Source: an uncultured archaeon
GTDB lineage: Archaea; Aenigmatarchaeota; Aenigmatarchaeia; CG10238-14; SCSR01
DNA: 58,430 nt
Assembly: GCA_964645905.1 (NCBI GenBank)
Contig: CAZYBR010000001.1
Location: 1-58,430, forward strand
Direction of reading: 5' to 3'
This document shows, one piece after another, positions 1 through 10,516 of this stretch. The notes under the pieces are model-generated. The model was not told the origin of the DNA. It worked only from the letters and a program-made list of their open reading frames with translations, and searched no databases. The position numbers were made by a program, and so were the translations under genes. Each line of letters starts with the position of its first letter. Within the stretch, counting starts at the first letter, position 1.

Positions 1-1185
1 GAATGAACCTGACCCACATGCAATGTCTATTATTTTTACATTGAGTATTTCATCAAAAGTCAATTTTTTAGTGTATTCCCTAACGGTATTAGCAACAATG
101 TAATTGACTATGTATTCTGGAGTGTAGTATATACCTTCTTTCTTTCTTTTCCCCAAATCTTCTTTTTCAGATTTGTAATGTATAATGTGTCCTATGAAAT
201 TTTCATAGGTTTTTCCAAGAATATCTATCGGTATTATGCTGAAATCGTAAGGCAATTTATCAGTTGGTCGTCTTAAACCAGACAATACAAATAGAATTTC
301 TGATTCTCCTATTAAAAATTTATCACATAGACCAAATCTGAAAAGGTCGCTGTTATATTGCTTCCTATAATATTCGAATAATGATTTTATTTTATTTAGC
401 AAAAATCCCTGTTTCCCAAATCCTCTTTCCATCTTATCTTCAATGAATGCCTTTAGTTGCGGTTCTTCGAGTTCTTTATCCTCACAGTAGCATATGAATA
501 TTAATCTATCCAAGAATCTCTGGATTTCCTCTTCAATTGAATATAAATCTTTATCGAAACTTATGCCGTTTTCTTTCTCACGTTTCTTCAGATTATTTCT
601 TAATTCGTTTCTCCATTCTATCATATCGTCAAGAAGCTGGTCTCCTATGGCGTTTTTCCTTTTAAGGTCAAGTTTTGAATAAAGTTCGTTGTCTTTACCT
701 TTGTTTATCCAATACTGTTTCTGGAAGTTTGCAAGTAGTCCAAGTTCTCCCTTCTCTATGTCTGCCAATGTTATGTTAGCTATCTGAGATTTCAAAGGGT
801 TATCAACCTGAATATCACAACGAAGTATTATAAAGTTCCTAAAGTTCGTAAGTATGGCAAATGACTTTTCTTTATAGTGTGCGTATCGTATTGCCTGTTG
901 ATAAAATACGACATTGTCAACTATATCTTTTGAGAGTGATTTACATTCAATTACGAATTGGCTTAATCCATTTATGAAAGTTAAACCGTCCATACGTTTC
1001 CCGTTTTGGGATATTTCTCGCCTGAACTCATATGGGTCTTGTGTATTCCAGCCAAGAATATCATTGAAGAAACGAAATATCAGGTTCTCGGCAACTTCTC
1101 TTTCATTACTTTCCAATTCTTTGTTGTCTTTAAATCTTTTATAAATTTCTAGAATCGACTTTAGTCTTATGATATCTGGTTGCAT
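1..1185 (-). CDS. Type IIG/IIL-like restriction-modification protein, N-terminal 395 codons. It has a PD-(D/E)xK nuclease module and the start of an N6-adenine methyltransferase domain, and continues beyond the window edge.
   Basis: Not in the ORF track because it never reaches a stop. ATG at 1185-1183 (minus) opens a stop-free frame to base 1. Own translation: MQPDIIRLKSILEIYKRF...MDGLTFINGLSQFVIECKS (D...ExK)...KKEGIYYTPEYIVNYIV...VKIIDIACGSGSF (AdoMet motif I at the very edge). Confidence 0.6.
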   Translation of the reverse strand, partial: MQPDIIRLKSILEIYKRFKDNKELESNEREVAENLIFRFFNDILGWNTQDPYEFRREISQNGKRMDGLTFINGLSQFVIECKSLSKDIVDNVVFYQQAIRYAHYKEKSFAILTNFRNFIILRCDIQVDNPLKSQIANITLADIEKGELGLLANFQKQYWINKGKDNELYSKLDLKRKNAIGDQLLDDMIEWRNELRNNLKKREKENGISFDKDLYSIEEEIQRFLDRLIFICYCEDKELEEPQLKAFIEDKMERGFGKQGFLLNKIKSLFEYYRKQYNSDLFRFGLCDKFLIGESEILFVLSGLRRPTDKLPYDFSIIPIDILGKTYENFIGHIIHYKSEKEDLGKRKKEGIYYTPEYIVNYIVANTVREYTKKLTFDEILNVKIIDIACGSGSF

Positions 1186-1311
1186 TTAATTCCTAATTCG
1201 AGCGTTATGCTTATTAGCCTTACACACATCATGGTGATGTCTAAGTAATAAGGCTCAAAAGGCACTACTTAAACAAAGCTAGAAAAAGAGGAAAGAAGGG
1301 ATTACTTCTTT

Positions 1312-1494
1312 TCATCCCATCTTACACATTTTGTCATGCCACAAACCTGCGACTAGGAATGTTATTACTCCTGTCAATATCCAGTTGAGTCTAGGATCTA
1401 GGCTTGTATAGCCCAGCGCACCCAATGATATGGCCGCAACTGCTATTGTTAACGGGAATGTGTGCTTATGATGCATGACTGCTTTCTCTGCCAT
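1312..1494 (-). CDS. Small hypothetical membrane protein (60 aa)
   Basis: ORF track. Two hydrophobic stretches (TIAVAAISLGALGY, ILTGVITFLVAGLW). No recognisable motif. Confidence 0.3.
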   Translation of the reverse strand: MAEKAVMHHKHTFPLTIAVAAISLGALGYTSLDPRLNWILTGVITFLVAGLWHDKMCKMG

Positions 1495-1583
1495 TAGACA
1501 ATCACCTTAGAAAGTAATTGCAAGTCTGAGAATATATGGGCATGGAATGAGAGATAAATAGATTATAGTTGTAATATTGTATA

Positions 1584-1916
1584 ATGAAAATAGATTATAT
1601 GGGACGACATCCTATAGGAATAGTAGAAACATATGACATCGTATACGGAGAAGGTCGGCATTTAGAAGGACGGGTACGGGGTATAGTAGAAGAAGGCTTT
1701 GATGAAGCTAACTGGTATCAAGTAGAAGTGGTATATCCAGCAAGACATCCTGAACGTCTTCATGCTATTGAAATTGGTGGTAACCTTAATAATTATAAAG
1801 AATTGAAAAGAGCTGTTCCAACATTAAAAAAAGCTCGGGCTAAATTAATGAAATGGTGTGAGGGAGTGAGTTTTCAAAGTTTTAGACAAACTAAATTATT
1901 TCCTAACCTTCTTTGA
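1584..1916 (+). CDS. Hypothetical protein (110 aa)
   Basis: ORF track. Non-repetitive composition. Convergent with atpD and overlaps its 3' end by 21 nt. No motif recognised. Confidence 0.35.
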   Translation: MKIDYMGRHPIGIVETYDIVYGEGRHLEGRVRGIVEEGFDEANWYQVEVVYPARHPERLHAIEIGGNLNNYKELKRAVPTLKKARAKLMKWCEGVSFQSFRQTKLFPNLL

Positions 1917-2522
1917 TTTCAATCTCTTCAACCTGAATAGGTTTTCCCTTTCCATCTCTTCCAATCGTTGCCTGACATACTTTATCGAAGATTTAATTTC
2001 AGGGATGACTTTGAACTCAAGTGCATTGACTTTTCTTTTTGTCTTGTCGATTTCAACAAGTAATTTCCTCATAGCAATTTCGGTTTCAGCTATCTCCAAA
2101 ACATCAGTTATGACATTTTCATAGGACTCGTAGGCATCGTCAATGTAGCCTGAAGTTCCGATAAGGCCATATCCACGATCATTAAAATTTCTTTCGCCCT
2201 TTTCAAATCTTATCTTCGGCACGGTGACATTCATTATCCTGCGCGGCTGTATATCCAAATCGATTTTTTTCTTAGGAGCAAATGAAACCGATCTTACAAT
2301 CTGGGTTCCATCTGCAGCTCTTGCAATATTTATCGCGTCCAATGCGTCCCTATATTTAGCTTCCAGTTCCTTGCTCGAACTGCTCATCTCTTTCAGCAAT
2401 GAAAAGAATTCTCTTATCAGGCTGTCTCGCTTTTTCTTCAGAACATTGTAACCAGAATCGGCTAATTTCAGCCTGGCTCTTAGGCTCAGTAATTCTGACC
2501 GCGATGGGTTTATTACAGGCAT
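1896..2522 (-). CDS. atpD: A-type ATP synthase subunit D
   Basis: N-terminus MPVINPSRSELLSLRARLKLADSGYNVLKKKRDSLIREF is typical of V/A-ATPase subunit D. It is the last gene of the H-I-K-E-C-F-A-B-D operon. Confidence 0.9.
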   Translation of the reverse strand: MPVINPSRSELLSLRARLKLADSGYNVLKKKRDSLIREFFSLLKEMSSSSKELEAKYRDALDAINIARAADGTQIVRSVSFAPKKKIDLDIQPRRIMNVTVPKIRFEKGERNFNDRGYGLIGTSGYIDDAYESYENVITDVLEIAETEIAMRKLLVEIDKTKRKVNALEFKVIPEIKSSIKYVRQRLEEMERENLFRLKRLKSKKVRK

Positions 2523-2524
2523 GT

Positions 2525-3910
2525 TTACTTCCCGAGTTCGGCAAACTTTAGTTCCAACTCGTCTTCATACTTCTTTATGTATTCTTCATCGATTTTTGTC
2601 AATTCATTTCTCGGCAATATGGACAAAAGCTTCCATGCCAGATTCAATGTCTGCACAATATCCCTGTCGTCATATTTCCCTTGCCTGATAAAATTATTTT
2701 CAAACTCGTCAGCGAATTTCAAATATAATCTATCTTTCTCTGTCAATGCTTCCTTTCCTACGATCGCGGCAAGGCTCCTTAGATTTCTTCCTTCAGCATA
2801 ACCAGCATATAACTGATTGCTGACAGCCCTGTGGTCTTCCCTTGTCTTTTCCTTTCCAGTGCCTTTCTGCATCAGCCTGCTCAAGCTCGGCAGGACGTCA
2901 ATCGGCGGATATACTCCTCTTGCATGGAGCTCCTTTGAAAGGACTATCTGGCCTTCTGTGATGTAACCGGTCAGATCAGGTATTGGGTGTGTTATATCGC
3001 CAGCAGGCATAGTTAATATTGAGAATTGTGTTATCGATCCTTTCTTTCCCTTGATTATACCTGCACGCTCAAATATCGATGCGAGGTCTGTATAAGTATA
3101 GCCCGGATATCCTCTTCTCCCAGGGACTTCTTCTCGCGCAGCGCCTATTTCACGTAAAGCTTCAGCATAGCTTGTTATGTCTGTCAGGACAACCAGCACG
3201 TCATATCCCTTTTCAAATGCAAGATATTCGGCAGCTGTAAGAGCGACACGGGGGGTTATCAGCCTTTCTATAGCAGGGTCATTTGCGAGATTTAGAAACA
3301 CAACCGATCTTTCCAGAGCTCCCGTCCTTTCGAATTCCTCCATGAATTGTTTTGCTTCTTCGCTTGTGATTCCGATTGCCGCAAAAACAACTGCAAAATT
3401 CTTGCTGATCTTTGCCTGCCTTGCGACTTGCAACGCAATTTCATTATGAGGCAGTCCAGAAACAGAAAATATCGGAAGCTTCTGGCCGACTGTCAAAGTA
3501 TTCATTCCGTCTATGGAAGATATTCCAGTTTGCAGAAATCTTGTAGGAACGTCACGCGAATAAGGATTTATTGCCAGACCATTCACATCGAGTTTCTTTT
3601 CAGCAGTAATTTCTGCGCCGCCATCAAGCGGCCTGCCCAAGCTATCAAAAACTCTTCCCAGAATATCTGTACTGCAATTGAACTTGATCGTCTTTCCCGT
3701 GAATCTCACAACGCTCTGCTTGCTGATGTTGCTTGTTCCTTCGAAAACCTGCACGACAATAACATCATCGGACGTATCAATCACTTGCCCTGTCTTCCTT
3801 GTACCATTTTCCAATTCTATTTCCACTACTTCGCCGTAGCTGACTTTGTGCGTCTTCTCTACGAAAAGCAATGGCCCCGCAATTTGCCTTATTGTTTTAT
3901 ATTCAATCAT
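2525..3910 (-). CDS. atpB: A-type ATP synthase subunit B (non-catalytic)
   Basis: 461 aa with the typical subunit B sequence ([18 protein letters not shown]..., ...[22 protein letters not shown]...). Follows atpA with an ATGA overlap. Confidence 0.95.
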   Translation of the reverse strand: MIEYKTIRQIAGPLLFVEKTHKVSYGEVVEIELENGTRKTGQVIDTSDDVIVVQVFEGTSNISKQSVVRFTGKTIKFNCSTDILGRVFDSLGRPLDGGAEITAEKKLDVNGLAINPYSRDVPTRFLQTGISSIDGMNTLTVGQKLPIFSVSGLPHNEIALQVARQAKISKNFAVVFAAIGITSEEAKQFMEEFERTGALERSVVFLNLANDPAIERLITPRVALTAAEYLAFEKGYDVLVVLTDITSYAEALREIGAAREEVPGRRGYPGYTYTDLASIFERAGIIKGKKGSITQFSILTMPAGDITHPIPDLTGYITEGQIVLSKELHARGVYPPIDVLPSLSRLMQKGTGKEKTREDHRAVSNQLYAGYAEGRNLRSLAAIVGKEALTEKDRLYLKFADEFENNFIRQGKYDDRDIVQTLNLAWKLLSILPRNELTKIDEEYIKKYEDELELKFAELGK

Positions 3911-5661
3911 CTTGCAACACCTATTGAATTTTTGAATTCGTCGTGCATGAACTCCATTATTTTTTTCATGTTCAATTCGAAATCTTCTTCTGGGAGGAAG
4001 CCTGATTTTGAAATCGACGTCTTGCTTTTCATATTCGAAATCGTACTTACAGAAACGCCTGCTTCGACCGCCTCATACGACAAATCGTGGAATTTAATTA
4101 TTGCTTTCAGCATTTGATACTGCTTCTTTAAGCTGCAATAAGTATCGACATCATGGAATGCGCTTTGTTGCAAGAATCCTTCACGGATTATTCTTGCGAC
4201 TTCCAAAATTATTCTTTCCTTTTCTGGCAGTGCATCGCTGCCTACAAGCTGCACGATTTCCTGCAATGACGCTTCCCTTTGCAGAATTTCCATTGCCTTC
4301 GCTCGAATAGCTGTCCAATCTGCCGCGACATTTTTAGAAAACCACGGGGCTAGATTTTCTGCATAAAGACTATATGACTCCAGCCAATTGATTGATGGAA
4401 AGTGCCTTCTCTGCGCAAGCTTTGCATCAAGCGCCCAGAAAACTTTTACGAAACGCAATGTGTTTTGCGTGACCGGCTCTGAGAAATCCCCGCCAGGCGG
4501 AGAGACTGCACCTATTGCTGTAACCGATCCTATCCTTCCGCCATCACTGCTCATGCACATTACTCTCCCAGCTCTTTCATAAAATTCAGAAAGTCTTGCG
4601 GCAAGATAAGCAGGATATCCTTCTTCTCCGGGCATCTCTTCCAATCGTGAAGATATCTCTCTCATCGCTTCTGCCCACCTGCTTGTCGAGTCAGCCATCA
4701 ATGCGACATCAAAGCCTTGGTCACGGAAATACTCCGCGATTGTCATTCCTGTATAAACTGATGCTTCTCTTGCGGCTACAGGCATGTTGGATGTGTTCGC
4801 AATAAGAACAGTCCTGTCCATCAACAGTGTGCCGGTCTTTGGATCAGTCAAGTGCGGAAATTCTGTCAGCACATCTGTCATTTCATTTCCACGCTCCCCG
4901 CATCCCACATAAACGACAATCTCTGTATCGCTCCATTTTGCAAGCTGATGCTGCACTACTGTTTTTCCTGAACCGAATGGGCCAGGAACTGCTGACGCAC
5001 CGCCTTTGGCTAATGGGAAAAATACATCAATCACTCTCTGCCCTGTGACCAACGGCACTTCAGGCTTCAATTTTTCTATGCTCGGTCGAGGGACTCTTAC
5101 CGGCCACTTGTGTGCAAGGAAAAGTTCTGTGCCACTATCGAGTTTCCCAATATTTTCGTGAATCGTAAAATTACCTGCATGGATTTCTTTTATTGTTCCT
5201 TTGACATTTGGCGGGACTAGAATCTTATGCTCGATGCTTTTAGTTTCCTGAACTGTACCAAGAATATCCCCGCCACTTACTTCATCGCCAGATTTTACTT
5301 TAGGCGTGAATTTCCATTTCTTCTTGTTATCCAATGGTGCGATATCTATACCGCGCTTGATGAAATCCCCTGTAGTGTTTCTAATTTCGGACAACGGGCG
5401 CTGAATGCCGTCATAAATAGTTGTCAACAATCCCGGACCTAGTTCGACTGAAAGCGGCTCTCCTGTAGGAACAACCTTTTCTCCAGGCTTCACTCCGGTG
5501 GTATCCTCATAAACTTGTATCGTATACTTGTCGCCTCTGATCTGCACCACTTCACCGATAAGCCCCTCCTCGCCTACTTTGACTACTTCATACATCTTCG
5601 CATGCATGCCCATCGCGATTACCACCGGGCCGCTTATTCTGTAGATTTTTCCTTCTGCCAT
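3907..5661 (-). CDS. atpA: A-type ATP synthase catalytic subunit A
   Basis: 584 aa. Walker A GPFGSGKT; conserved ...[13 protein letters not shown]...[10 protein letters not shown].... No intein insertion. Confidence 0.95.
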   Translation of the reverse strand: MAEGKIYRISGPVVIAMGMHAKMYEVVKVGEEGLIGEVVQIRGDKYTIQVYEDTTGVKPGEKVVPTGEPLSVELGPGLLTTIYDGIQRPLSEIRNTTGDFIKRGIDIAPLDNKKKWKFTPKVKSGDEVSGGDILGTVQETKSIEHKILVPPNVKGTIKEIHAGNFTIHENIGKLDSGTELFLAHKWPVRVPRPSIEKLKPEVPLVTGQRVIDVFFPLAKGGASAVPGPFGSGKTVVQHQLAKWSDTEIVVYVGCGERGNEMTDVLTEFPHLTDPKTGTLLMDRTVLIANTSNMPVAAREASVYTGMTIAEYFRDQGFDVALMADSTSRWAEAMREISSRLEEMPGEEGYPAYLAARLSEFYERAGRVMCMSSDGGRIGSVTAIGAVSPPGGDFSEPVTQNTLRFVKVFWALDAKLAQRRHFPSINWLESYSLYAENLAPWFSKNVAADWTAIRAKAMEILQREASLQEIVQLVGSDALPEKERIILEVARIIREGFLQQSAFHDVDTYCSLKKQYQMLKAIIKFHDLSYEAVEAGVSVSTISNMKSKTSISKSGFLPEEDFELNMKKIMEFMHDEFKNSIGVAR

Positions 5662-5948
5662 AAGTCAACTCCCAATGTTCTTTTGATATATAATCTTAAA
5701 TCTTCTCCTCTTCCTTCTTTCGACAAGGCTACAACGACTGGTCTTATTGTGTTTTCGAGGAATTCTTTCATCTTCGGGCTCAATGTATTGTATTCTTTCT
5801 CGTCCATTATGACAATTCCTATCTCCTTGTTTTGGATGACCTGATTGATAACTTCATTTGCATTGTCCTTCGTTTCGTATGCGTGCCTCACACCGGCAAG
5901 CATGAATCCAGTTATGAAATCGTCATTGCCGACTACAGCTAGTTCCAT
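5634..5948 (-). CDS. atpF: A-type ATP synthase subunit F
   Basis: 104 aa, [20 protein letters not shown]... typical of subunit F. Operon position is between C and A. Confidence 0.8.
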   Translation of the reverse strand: MELAVVGNDDFITGFMLAGVRHAYETKDNANEVINQVIQNKEIGIVIMDEKEYNTLSPKMKEFLENTIRPVVVALSKEGRGEDLRLYIKRTLGVDLWQKEKSTE

Positions 5949-6878
5949 TCACTCACCTAAAATCAACTGCTGCCTTATCTTGGATTCATCCATACCTGAC
6001 TGCTTCCCCCTTACAATCATCCGTATGTTCCCAATTTCATTTTCCTTTGCCAAGAAATAACCTATCACAGGCGTTGCATCACGTGAAAATTTACTTACCA
6101 ATCTCAGAGCTTCTCTGATCAGATCCTTTTTCAACTGCATCCTTAATTCTGCAGAATCCTGCTTTGTTTCATCAAATCTTATTTTTTTAATGCTCCTCAT
6201 TGGATTAAAGCTCAACCCGTATTTCTTAGCCCTGACTTTTATCGCGATGTTCTTCAGGGCTATCTCGTAGCCTATGAATTTTCTGAGAGAGTCGCTTGCT
6301 CCATTCAAAAGCGTCTCGTAATAGAATTTGTCCATCTCATCTTCAAGCTTGGGCATGTTGTCTTGATGCTTCTTGATAAGAGAATAATATTCTGTTTTTC
6401 TTAGATACTCAATTGCTTCTTCGAAAGTCCTAGTCTTCTCCAGCATTTCTTTGAAGAAATTTCTTCCTAGATCACCAGCGGCAATTATTTCTTTAATCGT
6501 CGACTCGTTGCCTATTCTTGAATGCCTGGCCCGTAAAACTGTTTTGATGTTCATTATGTCGAACCTTCTTAGATAAAGATTCAATTCTTTTCTTGCATTC
6601 CTCACTGAGAAATTCAGAACTGATGAGAATTGGTTCTCGACATTTTTATTCAATGCATATTCTATCAGAAGAGCGCCTGAGAGAACTCTGCCGAACTCGT
6701 CGAATTCCTTTTTGTATTCTTTTTCCTGAAGAAATCTTGCTATCTCAGATAGCGACATTTTAAGGAATTTCTCAAAATCGTCTCTGGCTAATAATTTAGA
6801 TTTCATCACCCTTACTCGGGTATTTGTATAAACGTATCCGGTCTTGCCTTTAACTGAAAGTTTTTGTGATATGCTCAT
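5949..6878 (-). CDS. atpC: A-type ATP synthase subunit C
   Basis: 309 aa helical protein. YVYTNTRVRVMKSKLL near the N-terminus is typical of V/A-ATPase subunit C (d). Operon position fits. Confidence 0.8.
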   Translation of the reverse strand: MSISQKLSVKGKTGYVYTNTRVRVMKSKLLARDDFEKFLKMSLSEIARFLQEKEYKKEFDEFGRVLSGALLIEYALNKNVENQFSSVLNFSVRNARKELNLYLRRFDIMNIKTVLRARHSRIGNESTIKEIIAAGDLGRNFFKEMLEKTRTFEEAIEYLRKTEYYSLIKKHQDNMPKLEDEMDKFYYETLLNGASDSLRKFIGYEIALKNIAIKVRAKKYGLSFNPMRSIKKIRFDETKQDSAELRMQLKKDLIREALRLVSKFSRDATPVIGYFLAKENEIGNIRMIVRGKQSGMDESKIRQQLILGE

Positions 6879-7413
6879 TGATATCCTCCTTAAAATCTTC
6901 GAAAAGCCTGTCGAATGTAAGATTTACCCTTACGCTTTTATCAGAATTTTCAACTATGATGCCGCCCAAACAATCAATGGTTCCTGCGAATTCCAGACCC
7001 ATTTTTTCCACAACCCTTTTGTCGGCTGAGTTTGAATATACGTACTTGGCGTCCTTCAATTCCTTTTTGGCTTTCTGGACTAGAGTCTTGGCAAGATCTT
7101 CATTATCCTTCCGGCTAAGTTGTGCAATTTTGCTTTTTATTTCATTGAAAATATTTTCCGTGGCCATTTTTTTTGCAGCCAGTGTCATTCGCTTTTGCTC
7201 AAGTCTTGCAGCTGTAAGCTCGGAATTTTTCTTCTCTTCCGCAATATTCCTGGACTCTTCCTCGAACTTTTCCAGCTTTTGTTTGGCTTCGATATGCGCT
7301 TTCGACAGTAAATGATCAGCCTCTTCTTCTCCTTCTTTGATTAATTCAGTTGCTGAGCCGTTCGCTTGGTTTATTATATCCTCTATCACATTTTCTAGAG
7401 CCAAAATTCCCAC
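6850..7413 (-). CDS. atpE: A-type ATP synthase subunit E
   Basis: 187 aa. Charged coiled-coil N-terminal half plus globular C-terminal part. Operon position is between K and C. Confidence 0.75.
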   Translation of the reverse strand: MGILALENVIEDIINQANGSATELIKEGEEEADHLLSKAHIEAKQKLEKFEEESRNIAEEKKNSELTAARLEQKRMTLAAKKMATENIFNEIKSKIAQLSRKDNEDLAKTLVQKAKKELKDAKYVYSNSADKRVVEKMGLEFAGTIDCLGGIIVENSDKSVRVNLTFDRLFEDFKEDINEHITKTFS

Positions 7414-7432
7414 TCCCGATTAGAATCTCTGC

Positions 7433-7657
7433 CTATGCCTTTCCAAGGATGAGTATAGCAACTACCAGACCGAAGATTACCAGAGTTTCTGGGATGACCG
7501 TCATGATAAGACCTTTTGCGAAAAAGCCTTCCTTTTCGGCACTGGCCCCAACTGCGGCAGCTCCTATCTCTTGTTCTGCGAGTCCGGCGCCTATTGCTGA
7601 AAGACCTATAGCGAGTCCGGCTCCCACTGCTATCAATCCTGTATTAACATCTACCAT
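7433..7657 (-). CDS. atpK: A-type ATP synthase proteolipid subunit K (c)
   Basis: 74-aa two-helix hairpin, Gly/Ala-rich first helix, carboxylate in the second helix (VIPETLVIFGL). Confidence 0.85.
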   Translation of the reverse strand: MVDVNTGLIAVGAGLAIGLSAIGAGLAEQEIGAAAVGASAEKEGFFAKGLIMTVIPETLVIFGLVVAILILGKA

Positions 7658-7665
7658 TTCTCAAT

Positions 7666-9450
7666 CTACCTCCATTTATTTATCATTCCGAAAGGATAAT
7701 AAGGTTTTCCTCCGCCTTCAAAAAACTTTGTGAAGAATTCAAAATAGTGCAAACGCAAAGAATGCAGGAAAGGACCGATCATTCCCAAAAGAAGATTGAT
7801 TGTGTGCCCTAGAAGCAGTATGATTATACCTGGGATGAACCACACAGGTCCGCCTTTGAACATGCCTGTGGCCATGTCGTTTACAACAAGCGCCAAAGAG
7901 ACGGAAGCCAGGCCTACAGCGAACAGCCTCAGGTAAGAAAGTATATTTGACAAAAGACCGGGAAGCTCGATTATGCCTTTCACACCTTCGCCTTTCAGCA
8001 GCATCAAAATTCCCAAACCCATCAGACCTCCGCCTATGAAGTTAAACGTTTTGATGTGCGTGACAGCCCCTAATACGAAAATGATTATTGCTGCTTCCAG
8101 TGCCAACCACGAGCCTTTTTCGAAAATTGCATGCGAAAGGCCGTGTTCCTTATATTTTGTTACGAATCCTAGAATCAGCCCAGTTCCAATATGGATGAAT
8201 CCAAGTACTGCGGAAATGGCTATCATCTTGTTTACTTCGTGGAATCTGCTTATCACAGGATGGATGAATTCGAAGCCGAACACTTCGCCGAACACTATGC
8301 CGAATGCTATCGTAAACAATGATGAAACCCCGATTACATAGAAGAGCGACTTCATGGCGCCGCTGAATTTCTTGTACCCAAAAACTGAAATTAATAAAAG
8401 CGTTATGCCGTATCCTACGTCGCCAAGCATGAAACCAAAAAATAGGGAGAATGTAAAAAGAAGTATCATAGTAGGCTCGAATTCGAATTTTTTTGGGTAA
8501 GAATACATTTCAAGAAACATCTCGAACGGCTTGGCTAACTTTGGATTGTCTGTCTTCACAGGAGGCGCTTCTTCGGTTTCCAAGGCTTCTATGTGCAATT
8601 TTCCTTCGGCTGCATCGGATACCGTATTTCGAAACAAATCCATCCTGCTCTTTGGCACCCATCCTTCTACAAAAAATGCGCGCTTTGATACAGAGAATCT
8701 GAGCGGGGCTTCGCTTTTCTCCAGCAGCTCGGTAAGGCTATACTCTGCATTAAGGATGAACTTGGAGTTTTCCGCTTTGAAACTCTGAAAACGGCTTTCC
8801 AGTTCTTTGATGGATTTTTCTATGGTGCTCAGTTCTTTTGCAGCACTATCGTAATTCGAATCGGGCAGTTGCTTTTCTTCGAACCCGTTCTTGTCAAGGA
8901 ATCCCCTCGCTTCGCTCTCATTGTTGGAAGGTACGGTGAATATTATTGCTATTTTATCACCGACAATTTCCTTGATGAGGTCGTAATTAAATTTGGCGTG
9001 GCTGATATTCTTCAGGAAATTTTTATTTACAATGCCGGTAAAAGTCTTGATGGACTTTAATTGAATGATTTTTCCGGATATAGGAAGCCTTGAAAGCGGA
9101 TTTGAAACAATCTGCAGTAAATTATTTTTTTGATTTGTAAGCTGTTCCAAATCTTTGCTCAGCAACTCAAATTCTTTTTCAATTTTATTTACTTTCTTTT
9201 GATTTTCGTCTATTGAGATTCTTTTACATTTGCCAGATACTTTTAGAAACGATGTCATGGAACGCAGTTTAACCAAGTGTGTAGAATGCGTCTCAGCGTC
9301 CTGGAATGGCTTGCCTATCTCCAATGATTCTTTATGCTCTTGGTCCGCTATGTGAAACAGTTGAAGATTGTAAAGCTCTGTGATGACTTGACGCATCTTG
9401 CTCTTGCTACCGACCATTCTCACTTTCAGCATCGGTTCCGGTCTAAGCAT
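7666..9450 (-). CDS. atpI: A-type ATP synthase subunit I (a)
   Basis: 594 aa. Soluble coiled-coil N-terminal half and polytopic C-terminal half with the conserved ...LSYLRLFAVGLAS...LHSLRLHYFEFF... segment. Confidence 0.85.
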   Translation of the reverse strand: MLRPEPMLKVRMVGSKSKMRQVITELYNLQLFHIADQEHKESLEIGKPFQDAETHSTHLVKLRSMTSFLKVSGKCKRISIDENQKKVNKIEKEFELLSKDLEQLTNQKNNLLQIVSNPLSRLPISGKIIQLKSIKTFTGIVNKNFLKNISHAKFNYDLIKEIVGDKIAIIFTVPSNNESEARGFLDKNGFEEKQLPDSNYDSAAKELSTIEKSIKELESRFQSFKAENSKFILNAEYSLTELLEKSEAPLRFSVSKRAFFVEGWVPKSRMDLFRNTVSDAAEGKLHIEALETEEAPPVKTDNPKLAKPFEMFLEMYSYPKKFEFEPTMILLFTFSLFFGFMLGDVGYGITLLLISVFGYKKFSGAMKSLFYVIGVSSLFTIAFGIVFGEVFGFEFIHPVISRFHEVNKMIAISAVLGFIHIGTGLILGFVTKYKEHGLSHAIFEKGSWLALEAAIIIFVLGAVTHIKTFNFIGGGLMGLGILMLLKGEGVKGIIELPGLLSNILSYLRLFAVGLASVSLALVVNDMATGMFKGGPVWFIPGIIILLLGHTINLLLGMIGPFLHSLRLHYFEFFTKFFEGGGKPYYPFGMINKWR

Positions 9451-9459
9451 AATTAATCC

Positions 9460-9786
9460 TTAAAGTCCCTTGACCCTCTTGAGAAAATCGGTAGCTATAC
9501 TCTCCGCATTCTTTTTTACAAACTCATCAGCCCTGGAAATAATATTTTCAACTTCCTTCTCGGTCTCGCTAGAAATCTTTTCTTTCTCTTTCCTTATCTT
9601 TTCGTCTACATCTTTGAGTTCCTTTTCTCTTTTACTAAGAGACTCTTGCTCGGATCTCTCAATAAGCTGCAATACATTGGCTTTCGATTTGTCTATTATT
9701 TCGATTTTCTTTTTCTCGGCCTGCCTTATAATTTCGTCTGCCTTGTCTTCTGCTTCCTTTACCTTTTGTATTGATTCTATCGGCAT
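9460..9786 (-). CDS. atpH: A-type ATP synthase subunit H
   Basis: About 108-aa Lys/Glu-rich coiled coil, first gene of the operon. The track start at 9789 is TTG. The next codon (9786-9784) is ATG, so I use that. Confidence 0.6.
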   Translation of the reverse strand: MPIESIQKVKEAEDKADEIIRQAEKKKIEIIDKSKANVLQLIERSEQESLSKREKELKDVDEKIRKEKEKISSETEKEVENIISRADEFVKKNAESIATDFLKRVKGL

Positions 9787-9830
9787 CAAATCACGGATAA
9801 TTAGTATTCTAAGGTAAAGATTATAAGCTA

Positions 9831-9916
9831 TGCGCCAATCGGGATTTGAACCCGAACATTGACCTTGGGAAGGTCACATCCTTTCCTGCATTTGAACCAG
9901 GCTAGACTATTGGCGC
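9831..9916 (-). tRNA. tRNA-Gly(CCC) with about 11 extra nt in the D arm (putative non-canonical intron)
   Basis: Reverse complement: GCGCCAA TA GTCT AGCCTGGTTCA[AATGCAGGAAA]GGAT G TGACC TTCCCAA GGTCA ATGT TCGGG TTCAAAT CCCGA TTGGCGC A. Acceptor, anticodon and T arms are perfect. 27 nt lie between position 13 and the anticodon stem, where about 14-16 are expected. Confidence 0.75.
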
Positions 9917-9934
9917 TTAATCCTATCTTTTATA

Positions 9935-10504
9935 TCAACCCTTAAGTTTGTATTCCCAACCTGGTTTCCATTCTTTAGGAGTTTTCAATCTCCAATCTTC
10001 TATAAAAGCTCGTTTCCAAGTTTCACCGTTCAGTAAAACTTCCAAAGCAAGTTGTGGTGCTTGATGCCCAACAATAGCCACGTGTTTACCTGCATAATCT
10101 TTCAATAAATCTTTTAGAAAACTTTGGATTCTTTTTTCAGTATCTTTATAACTTTCTCCATTTGGGAACGGTTTGTTAATGTACTTGAAAATTTTATGAA
10201 TATCTTCGGGTGTATCTGCAAAACATGGTGTTCCAGCTAAATCTCCATAATTACATTCTCTTAGTCTTTTGTCTACCAAAATCTTTCTACCTTTAAACGC
10301 TACTTTCGCTGTATCTAATGCTCTTTTCAAATCAGACGAGAAGACAGCATCGAAATTTGTGTTCTTGACTGACTTTCCCAATTCAACAGATTGCTTCTTT
10401 CCTAATTCTGATAATTCAACATCATACCAACCTGCAAGTAAGCCCTTCTCGTTATAGAAAGAAGTACTATGCACAAAATAAGTAATGTGAACTGTTTTTA
10501 CCAT
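9935..10504 (-). CDS. Histidine phosphatase superfamily (phosphoglycerate-mutase-like) protein
   Basis: MVKTVHITYFVHSTSFYNEKG...SSDLKRALDTA...VAIVGHQAP fits the family, but the RHG triad reads VHS. I trimmed the track start (10543) to the ATG at 10504, because the extension overlaps tRNA-Ser. Confidence 0.6.
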   Translation of the reverse strand: MVKTVHITYFVHSTSFYNEKGLLAGWYDVELSELGKKQSVELGKSVKNTNFDAVFSSDLKRALDTAKVAFKGRKILVDKRLRECNYGDLAGTPCFADTPEDIHKIFKYINKPFPNGESYKDTEKRIQSFLKDLLKDYAGKHVAIVGHQAPQLALEVLLNGETWKRAFIEDWRLKTPKEWKPGWEYKLKG

Positions 10505-10516
10505 CTTCTCACTTAG

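Noticed and set aside
3347-4117. 256-aa plus-strand ORF in the track
   Set aside because: It lies entirely antisense to atpB and atpA, whose translations carry unmistakable ATPase motifs. Its own translation is Cys/Ser/Phe-rich with no motif, so it is a shadow ORF.
7350-7733. 127-aa plus-strand ORF, plus other plus-strand ORFs across 6.8-9.8 kb
   Set aside because: They are antisense to atpK, atpI, atpE and atpH. They are shadow ORFs inside a contiguous operon.
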